From Candidatus Polarisedimenticolia bacterium (GTDB taxonomy: Bacteria; Acidobacteriota; Polarisedimenticolia; JACPZX01; DASXTC01): a stretch of DNA of 64,000 nt. A model generated the notes under the pieces. The model searched no databases. It saw nothing but the letters and a program-made list of their open reading frames with translations, and had not been told where the DNA came from. Every line of letters begins with the position of its first letter. Positions within the stretch are counted from its first letter, which is position 1. Positions 57,522 through 64,000 of this stretch are shown piece by piece. A program made the position numbers and the translations under genes. The stretch lies in the NCBI GenBank assembly GCA_050747525.1, contig JBOGOC010000110.1, positions 17,303 to 81,302 on the forward strand. Reading direction: 5' to 3'.

Positions 57522-59582
57522 ATGAGGGACAAGATCCAGGATGCCGTCGACGACGAGGCCCGCCTGGAGGCGCTGCGTCGGACGTTCCTGCTGGACACTC
57601 CGCCCGAAGAGGCTTTCGATCGGCTGACGCGCCTGGCGACGACCGTGCTCAGGGTGCCCGTGGCGCTCGTCACGCTGGTGGCCGCCGACCGGCAGTTCTT
57701 CAAGAGCCAGCAGGGGCTGCCTGAGCCGCTGGCCTCCGCGCGGCAGTCCTCCCTGAAGCACTCCTTCTGCAAGCATGCCGTGGGGACGCGCGAGCCGCTC
57801 GTCGTGCCGGACGCCCGGCGCGATCCCACCTTCGAGAGCAACCCGGCCATCACCGAGCAGGGTGTGGTCGCGTACGCGGGGATCCCGCTGATCGACTCCG
57901 AGGGTCATGCTCTCGGCACGTTTTGCGTCGTGGACGCTCAGCCTCACGACTGGACGGCCGAGGAGATCGCGATCCTCCGGGTGCTCGCGGCGGCCGTCCT
58001 GTCCGAGATAGAGCTGCGGCACATGGCCGGGAGATTGCAAGGCCTGGTGGAGTCCCGCACGTCCGCGCTGCGCGCTTCCGAGCAGCGCCAGCGCGTGCTG
58101 CTCGACGTCAACAACGCCATCGTCACGTGCCTCGACAGGGATTCCCTGTTCTCGGCCACCGCGACCGCGCTGGCGAGCGCGATCCCCTACGATCGCGCCG
58201 CTCTGGTCCTGTACGATCCCGTCAGGGACGTCTTCAAGGTGCTGGGCGTGGCCGGTCCGGTGCCGAACCCTCCCGTGATCCCGCTCGGGACCGAGTGGCC
58301 GCGGAACCAGAGCCGGGCCGGCTGGATCCTCGATCATCACGAGCCGATCCTCTCGAAAGATATACGCGATGAACCACCCTTCTTCGAACACCTCTTCTTG
58401 CTCAGGGAAGGGATCCGCGCAGCGGTCTCGGTTCCCCTGATGGCCAAAGGGAGGGTCATAGGAACGCTGAACGTCGGCAGCCGCGTTCCCGGCCGGTATG
58501 GCGAGGAGGAGGCTTCGCTGCTCACCGCGATCGGCGAGCAGGTGGCGCTTGCCATCGAGAATCTGCTCGCGTACGAGGAAATCGCCGCCCTCAAGGCACG
58601 CCTGGAGGAGGAGAACATCTACCTGCAGGAGGAGGTCCGGGCGGAGGCCGCGTTCGGCGACGTGGTGGGCGAGTCTCCCGTCATCCGAGGCGTCCTCGCG
58701 AACGTGCGCAAGGTGGCAGGGACCGATTCCACGGTGCTCGTCACCGGCGAGACGGGCACCGGCAAGGAGCTGATCGTCCGCGCCATCCATGCCCTGAGCC
58801 GCCGGAAGGACAAGCTCCTGGTGAAGGTGAATTGCGCCGCCCTCCCGTCCGGCGTGATCGAGAGCGAGCTGTTCGGGCACGAGAAGGGGGCGTTCACGGG
58901 CGCGCTGACGCGGAAGGCCGGACGATTCGAGCTGGCCAACGGGGGCACGCTCTTCCTCGACGAGGTCGGCGACCTCCCGCTCGAGCTACAGGCCAAGCTC
59001 CTGCGCGTGCTGCAGGACGGCGAGTTCGAGCGCGTCGGCGGGATACAGACGCTGAAGGTGGATGTGCGATTGATCGCGGCCACGAACCGCGATCTCGAGC
59101 GGGCCGTGCGCGAGGAACGGTTTCGCGCAGACCTCTACTACCGCCTCAACGTCTTTCCGATCGTGATCCCGCCGTTGAGGAAACGCAAGGAGGATGTGCC
59201 GCGACTGGCCCGACATTTCGCCATGTTCTTCGCGTCGAAGATGGGAAAGAACATCGGCATGCTGGGGCCGGAGGTGCTGGAGCGGCTGTCCGGCTACTCC
59301 TGGCCGGGCAACGTGCGCGAGCTGCAGAACGTGATCGAGCGGGCGGTGATCCTCTCCCCCAAAGGCCGCTTTGAGCTGGGCGACTTCGAGCCGGCACGAT
59401 CCGACGTCCCGCATTCCCAGCCGCAGAACCTCGAAGAGGTGGAACGCCGGCACATCGTCTCGGTGCTCGAACAGACCGGCTGGCGGGTCAGCGGGGACCG
59501 CGGCGCCGCCATGATTCTGGGCCTCAAGCGAACGACTCTCGAGGCCCGCATGAAGAGGCTCGGCATCCTCCGCCGTTCCTGA
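57522..59582 (+). CDS. Sigma-54-dependent transcriptional activator with two N-terminal GAF domains, a central AAA+ domain and a C-terminal Fis-type HTH
   Basis: 686 aa. Walker A GETGTGKE. GAFTGA motif. ESELFGHEKGAFTGA. HTH AAMILGLKRTTLEARMKRLGI. Confidence 0.85.
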   Translation: MRDKIQDAVDDEARLEALRRTFLLDTPPEEAFDRLTRLATTVLRVPVALVTLVAADRQFFKSQQGLPEPLASARQSSLKHSFCKHAVGTREPLVVPDARRDPTFESNPAITEQGVVAYAGIPLIDSEGHALGTFCVVDAQPHDWTAEEIAILRVLAAAVLSEIELRHMAGRLQGLVESRTSALRASEQRQRVLLDVNNAIVTCLDRDSLFSATATALASAIPYDRAALVLYDPVRDVFKVLGVAGPVPNPPVIPLGTEWPRNQSRAGWILDHHEPILSKDIRDEPPFFEHLFLLREGIRAAVSVPLMAKGRVIGTLNVGSRVPGRYGEEEASLLTAIGEQVALAIENLLAYEEIAALKARLEEENIYLQEEVRAEAAFGDVVGESPVIRGVLANVRKVAGTDSTVLVTGETGTGKELIVRAIHALSRRKDKLLVKVNCAALPSGVIESELFGHEKGAFTGALTRKAGRFELANGGTLFLDEVGDLPLELQAKLLRVLQDGEFERVGGIQTLKVDVRLIAATNRDLERAVREERFRADLYYRLNVFPIVIPPLRKRKEDVPRLARHFAMFFASKMGKNIGMLGPEVLERLSGYSWPGNVRELQNVIERAVILSPKGRFELGDFEPARSDVPHSQPQNLEEVERRHIVSVLEQTGWRVSGDRGAAMILGLKRTTLEARMKRLGILRRS

Positions 59583-59733
59583 ACCCGGTTCACGATACTG
59601 CCATCCCCTCGGCACTCTCCCAACATATCGGCATGCATCCGGGAAAGACCCTCGGCAGCGCCGCAAGCCTCTCGGCCATCCAAGTCGCTTCGCTTCTGAC
59701 GCTTGCGCTGCACCGCGACGGAGCGATGGAGCG

Positions 59734-59749
59734 TGGCACGCCGCGTGCG
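59734..59749 (+). promoter_or_regulatory. Sigma-54 (-24/-12) promoter candidate upstream of the STAS gene
   Basis: TGGCACGccgcGTGCg has GG-N10-GC spacing identical to the consensus TGGCACG-N4-TTGCA. It lies ~38 nt upstream of ATG 59788 and immediately downstream of the sigma-54 activator gene. Confidence 0.4.
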
Positions 59750-59787
59750 TTGGGGAGTGATGTGCCCGAACAGGCAAGGGGGCCTGC

Positions 59788-60099
59788 ATGGTGATGCGGA
59801 TCACGCGCGAGCAAGGGACCCGATCTCAAGCGACGCTGAAGATCGAGGGGACCGTCACCGGGGAGTGGGCTGCCCTGATGGAGCGCGAGTGCCAGAATCT
59901 TCTTCACTCGTGCGACGCGGTGGGTCTCGATCTCAGAGAGGTCACGTTCGTCGATCGGGCCGGCCTCGAGACTCTCGAGCGGCTCAGCCGGGCGGGGGTC
60001 GAGATCTGCTGCCGCTTCGGGGTCGTCGCCAGCGTGCTCGAGGCGGAAGGGGTCCGCGTCACGCGGGTCTCGAATGGTGTGGACGATGGGCTTCCGTAG
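59788..60099 (+). CDS. STAS-domain protein (anti-sigma-factor antagonist SpoIIAA-like)
   Basis: 103 aa. LKIEGTVTGEWAALMERECQNLLHSCDAVGLDLREVTFVDRAGLETLERL matches the STAS fold pattern. Confidence 0.55.
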   Translation: MVMRITREQGTRSQATLKIEGTVTGEWAALMERECQNLLHSCDAVGLDLREVTFVDRAGLETLERLSRAGVEICCRFGVVASVLEAEGVRVTRVSNGVDDGLP

Positions 60100-60142
60100 G
60101 TGAATCACAAGAACAACGAACGTACTCAACCAGGAGGACGCA

Positions 60143-60901
60143 ATGAAGAGGTCAGTCGTGTTCGCGCTCGCCATGCTGTTCCTGATGTCGCCGACGCTGG
60201 GGTTGGCAGCATCGGTCGTGTTCGAGGCCACGGGGCAGACTCCGGACGAGATCCGGGCCGCGGTGGACGCCTTCCGGACCTTCCTGGGGCCCCTGAACCC
60301 CAATGTGCTCGGCTCGTTCTCCGATGGCCGCCGGGAGATCAACTGGGATGGCGTGCCTGATGCCTTCTCGGCCCCCAACAACCTCCCGCCCAACTTCTTC
60401 AACGCCAACTCCCCGCGTGGCGCCGTGTTCCTCACCCCGGGGACCGGTTTCCAGGTGAGCGCCGACGATGCGAACCCGACGAACACTTCGATCCTGTTCG
60501 GCAACCTGCACCCGGTCTTCCCGCAGCTCTTCACCGTCTTCAGCCCGCAGCGGCTGTTCGCCGCATTGAACAGCAACATGATGGAAACCTTCTTCTTCGT
60601 GCCCGGCAGCGCCGAGGGCGCGACGGTGGACGGGTTCGGCGCGGTCTTCACCGACGTCAACGCTGACGGGAGCACCACCATCGAGTACCTCGACACCGCC
60701 GGAAAGGTGCTGCTCAGCCGGAGCGTTCCCCCGGGACCCACGAACCGCGGCAGCCTCTCGTTCCTCGGCGTGGCGTTCGATGCCGGAGAACGGGTCTTCG
60801 CGGTGCGCATCCTCAGCGGGAATCGATCTCCGGTGACTCCCGCACGCGACGTCGTCGTGATGGACGACTTCATCTACGGCGAGCCGCAGGCGCTCCCCTA
60901 G
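60143..60901 (+). CDS. Secreted hypothetical protein (252 aa)
   Basis: AGGAGG 6 nt before ATG. Signal peptide MKRSVVFALAMLFLMSPTLGLAAS. No recognisable motif. Confidence 0.55.
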   Translation: MKRSVVFALAMLFLMSPTLGLAASVVFEATGQTPDEIRAAVDAFRTFLGPLNPNVLGSFSDGRREINWDGVPDAFSAPNNLPPNFFNANSPRGAVFLTPGTGFQVSADDANPTNTSILFGNLHPVFPQLFTVFSPQRLFAALNSNMMETFFFVPGSAEGATVDGFGAVFTDVNADGSTTIEYLDTAGKVLLSRSVPPGPTNRGSLSFLGVAFDAGERVFAVRILSGNRSPVTPARDVVVMDDFIYGEPQALP

Positions 60902-60978
60902 GCCGGGCCGTCAACCGGGGCGCCGCCGGCCGTGCAGGCAAAGAAGGCCGGCGGCGTATACTCGGTGCGAGGCGCTCC

Positions 60979-63900
60979 GTGATAAAGCTTGCCGGCACCG
61001 GTATCCTGACGATTCTTGCGACGCTCCTGGCAGCTCCTGCCGTGGGGATGCCGTCACGCGATCCCCATTTCGAGCACATCGGCTCGGAGAGCGGCCCGCC
61101 CTTTTCGGTCGTCACGGCACTTCACCAGGATCGCGTGGGGTTCGTCTGGATCGGATCGCGCGACGGCCTGACCTTCTACGACGGCCACACCTACACCACC
61201 TTCGAGCACGATCCGTCCGATCCTTCCTCGCTCTCCGACGATGTCATCCGCACCATCCACGAGGACAGCCGCGGCCATGTCTGGATCGGGACCAACTCCG
61301 GGGGCCTCAACCGGCTGGAGCGAGGCTCGGGGAAGTTCCAGCGTTTCCGCCACGATTCGGCCGACCCGCGCTCTCTCAGCCATGACAGTGTCTACGCGGT
61401 CGTCGAGGATCGCGACGGCAAGGTGTGGGTGGGGACCCAGCGCGGGCTCAACAGGCTCGATCCGGTCACCGGCAAGTTCGAGCGGTTCCTGGCGGATCCG
61501 GCGGCCCCCGGAAGCCTCGGCAGCCACTACGTCAGCTCCCTGCTGATCGACAGACAGGGACGCCTGTGGGTGGGGACCGTCGGCGGCGGATTGAACCGCT
61601 TCGATCCTTCCACGAAGACCTTCGAGACCTGGCGACACGATCCTGCCGACCCCCGCTCGCTGGGAGACTCCTCCGTGTTCGCCCTCCTGGAGGACGAGTC
61701 GGGCGGCCTCTGGATCGGGACCAACGCGGGGCTCAGCCGGATGGATGCACCGGGCCGGTTCAGCCGATTCCCCCACGCGGCAAGGAGCCCGTCGGCGCTC
61801 AGCCATCCCATCGTCACCTCCCTGGCGGCCGGGACGTCCGGCCGCATCTGGGCCGGGACGTTCGGTGGCGGGCTCAACGAGCTGGACCCCGCCACGGGGG
61901 CCATCCGCGCCTTTCATCACGACGAAACGCGGCGCGGAACGATCGGAGCGGATCGAGTCCTCAGCCTTCTGGCCGACAGGGCCGGAGCGCTGTGGGTCGG
62001 CACGTGGGGAGGGGGCCTGAGCCGCATCTCCGGCTCGGCCCTGCTTCTGGCCTCCGGGACCAATGAGGTCCCGGAGCCACCCGGGTTGGAGGATCGTGAC
62101 GTCACAGCCATGGCCAAGGGCGACGACGGGACCATCTGGATCGGCATGCGCAACGGGGCGCTGATACGCCGTGGCCCGGGAGCGGGGGCCTACGAGACCC
62201 ACAAGCTGGACGACTCGGTGCTGCGCATCCTCCCCGCTCGCGATGGAGAGCTCTGGGTCGGCACGAGCCACGGGCTGCTGCGCTTCCATCCGGATCCTTC
62301 GAAACGCCTCTGGCTCCGTCACGACCCCGGCGACGCGGCCAGCCTGGGCCCCGGGTTCGTCCCCGCACTTCTGGAGGATGCCGATGGGCATCTGTGGGTG
62401 GGGACCGGAGAAGGGGGCCTGAACGAGCTCGACCGAGAGGGACGTGTGCTGCGGCGCTTCCTCCATGACCCCTCCAATCCGTCCAGCCTGAGCGACGACT
62501 ATGTCACCGCGCTTCACCTGGATCGGGACGGGATCCTGTGGGTCGGCACGCGATCGGGAGGAATCAACACCCTGAACCGGGCCACGGGCCGCGCGGTGCG
62601 GCATGTGGCCGACCCAGCGGACCCGCACACCATCAGCCACCATAATGTCACCGCCATCCTCGAGGACCGCCGGGGCCGCCTCTGGGTGGCCACGGGAGGA
62701 GGAGGGCTCAACCGCGCCGATCGATCCGGATCAGCCGGAGAGCCCGTCCGCTTCACCCGCTTCACGACGGCGGATGGACTGGTGGACAACAACGTCATGT
62801 CCGTTCTCGAGGACGACGACGGCAGCCTGTGGGTCAGCACCAAGCGCGGGCTGGCGCGATTCGCCCCCGAAAGCACGACGTTCACGAACTACTTCGTGGC
62901 CGACGGGCTCCCTACCGCCGAGTTCGAGTTCGGCGCCGCCGTGAGGACGCAACGCGGCCTGCTTTTCGGCTCCGTCGACTGGGTGGTGGCCGTGCCTGCG
63001 GGCATGCCCCTTCCCCAGCCCGTCCCCTCCCCGACCGTGGTCACCTCGGTGAGGGTTCGATCCGACGAACTGCGCGGCGAGCGTCCTTCCTGGTCGCTTG
63101 AGCAGATGGAGATCCCGTGGGGCACGTGGTTCTCCATCGAGGTGGCCGTGATGGACTTCAACACACCTCACAGCCATGCGCACGCCTATCGCCTGGGTCA
63201 GGGCCCGGGAGAGGACGGCTGGATCGATCTCGGCCCGCGCCGCACGATCACCTTCACCGACCTCGGCCCGGGGCGCTACGAGTTCGTCGCCCGCGGTCGC
63301 AACTGCCAGGGGGTGTGGACCAGCACGAGCACCCCGCTGCATATCCGCGTGGTCCCTCCGTTCTGGATGACTACCTGGTTCCGCGCGCTTTCGGTGGGGT
63401 TCCTTGCGGCCGTGGTCATCGTGACTCACCGCATGCGTCTGTCCGCCCTGGAGCGCCGGAATAGAGAGCTGGTGCTCCTGCATGAGCAGCGGGAGAGGGC
63501 CAACCGCGAGCTGGGCCTCGCCTACGAGCGGCTGCAGACCCTCGCCGGGCGCCTGGAGGCCGCCAAGGAGGACGAGCGGAAGAAGATCGCCCGGGAGCTG
63601 CACGACGACCTGGGCCCGGCGCTCACGGCGGTGGTCATCAACCTGCAGCTTCTCGGCCGGGAGCAGGATCGGGTACGCTTTGCCAGGCGTCTGGAGGACT
63701 CCATCGATCTGGTCGACCGCATGGTGCAGCAGATCCGTGACCTGTCCCTGGCCCTTCGCCCGCCCTTGATGGACGAGATGGGGCTCGGCGGCGCGCTGAG
63801 GGGGTACCTCGAGACGCAGGCGGAGCGCACCGGCCTCGACATCGAGGTGCGCGGCGACGCCGCCACGGACGGGCTCCCCCCCCAGGCAGAGATCACGGCC

Positions 63901-64000
63901 TTCCGCGTGGCGCAGGAGGCGGTCACCAACGCCATCCGGCATGCCGAGGCCCGCCGGATTGTCGTGACCCTCGACAGCGGAGTCGGCGGGCTGGAGATCA
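60979..64000 (+). CDS. Sensor histidine kinase, partial (3' end beyond the window): periplasmic two-component-regulator propeller repeats plus Y_Y_Y domain, TM, HisKA_3 (NarL-type) dimerisation domain
   Basis: GTG 60979. Open frame to the window end, so it is absent from the ORF track for lack of a stop. Signal/TM VIKLAGTGILTILATLLAAPAVG. More than 12 propeller repeats (VWIGTxxGLNRLD). Y_Y_Y-like segment GRYEFVARGRNCQGVWTS. TM WFRALSVGFLAAVVIVT. HisKA_3 ERKKIARELHDDLGPALTAVVINLQL. Confidence 0.75.
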   Translation, partial: MIKLAGTGILTILATLLAAPAVGMPSRDPHFEHIGSESGPPFSVVTALHQDRVGFVWIGSRDGLTFYDGHTYTTFEHDPSDPSSLSDDVIRTIHEDSRGHVWIGTNSGGLNRLERGSGKFQRFRHDSADPRSLSHDSVYAVVEDRDGKVWVGTQRGLNRLDPVTGKFERFLADPAAPGSLGSHYVSSLLIDRQGRLWVGTVGGGLNRFDPSTKTFETWRHDPADPRSLGDSSVFALLEDESGGLWIGTNAGLSRMDAPGRFSRFPHAARSPSALSHPIVTSLAAGTSGRIWAGTFGGGLNELDPATGAIRAFHHDETRRGTIGADRVLSLLADRAGALWVGTWGGGLSRISGSALLLASGTNEVPEPPGLEDRDVTAMAKGDDGTIWIGMRNGALIRRGPGAGAYETHKLDDSVLRILPARDGELWVGTSHGLLRFHPDPSKRLWLRHDPGDAASLGPGFVPALLEDADGHLWVGTGEGGLNELDREGRVLRRFLHDPSNPSSLSDDYVTALHLDRDGILWVGTRSGGINTLNRATGRAVRHVADPADPHTISHHNVTAILEDRRGRLWVATGGGGLNRADRSGSAGEPVRFTRFTTADGLVDNNVMSVLEDDDGSLWVSTKRGLARFAPESTTFTNYFVADGLPTAEFEFGAAVRTQRGLLFGSVDWVVAVPAGMPLPQPVPSPTVVTSVRVRSDELRGERPSWSLEQMEIPWGTWFSIEVAVMDFNTPHSHAHAYRLGQGPGEDGWIDLGPRRTITFTDLGPGRYEFVARGRNCQGVWTSTSTPLHIRVVPPFWMTTWFRALSVGFLAAVVIVTHRMRLSALERRNRELVLLHEQRERANRELGLAYERLQTLAGRLEAAKEDERKKIARELHDDLGPALTAVVINLQLLGREQDRVRFARRLEDSIDLVDRMVQQIRDLSLALRPPLMDEMGLGGALRGYLETQAERTGLDIEVRGDAATDGLPPQAEITAFRVAQEAVTNAIRHAEARRIVVTLDSGVGGLEI

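Noticed and set aside
1-64000. CRISPR arrays, rRNA genes, transposases or integrases
   Set aside because: No short regularly spaced direct repeats were seen. The repeats found are long in-gene protein repeats or the 160-bp dispersed element. There are no rRNA-like conserved stretches. No ORF shows DDE, tyrosine or serine recombinase motifs.

Overview
This is a high-GC (~68%) bacterial chromosomal segment, most likely from an Acidobacteria-, Myxococcota- or Gemmatimonadota-like organism that uses AGGAGG ribosome-binding sites. It is dominated by very large secreted or cell-surface proteins and the regulators next to them.

Coding content on the + strand, in order:
- The 3' end of a membrane Ser/Thr kinase paralog.
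- A small secreted beta-helix protein.
- An 1894-aa HEXXH zinc metalloprotease with FG-GAP and thrombospondin type-3 (TSP3) repeats.
- A secreted protein with tail-fibre-like repeats and an NHL beta-propeller.
- A ~3050-aa S8 subtilase.
- A 1355-aa FG-GAP protein.
- An ECF sigma factor and Ser/Thr kinase pair, followed by a kelch-repeat S8 subtilase and a cohesin-like protein.
- Two tandem phage tail-collar proteins.
- A serine beta-lactamase-family hydrolase.
- An orphan VgrG/gp27-gp5-like hub gene flanked by small secreted proteins.
- A GAF sigma-54 activator, a STAS protein, a secreted protein and a sensor histidine kinase truncated by the window end.

On the - strand: a HEAT/PQQ beta-propeller protein; a three-gene islet (Toprim protein, a 956-aa unknown, an 808-aa two-TM protein with a toxin-like C-terminus); a TPR-CHAT protein; a kelch/Cys-rich-repeat protein with a probable frameshift; and a galactose-oxidase-like protein.

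Non-coding features:
- A tmRNA-like gene at 8847..9193 (- strand).
- A ~160-bp dispersed repeat in four copies. One copy truncates a DUF45 (YgjP-like) gene, and two copies bracket the Toprim islet.
- A conserved promoter-like motif present three times, each upstream of a secreted hydrolase gene.
- A sigma-54 promoter candidate.
- Long near-identical in-gene tandem DNA repeats (FG-GAP 186-bp units, NHL 126-bp units).

No CRISPR array, rRNA, integrase or transposase was seen. The many ORFs on the strand opposite the large genes are treated as GC-rich antisense artefacts.
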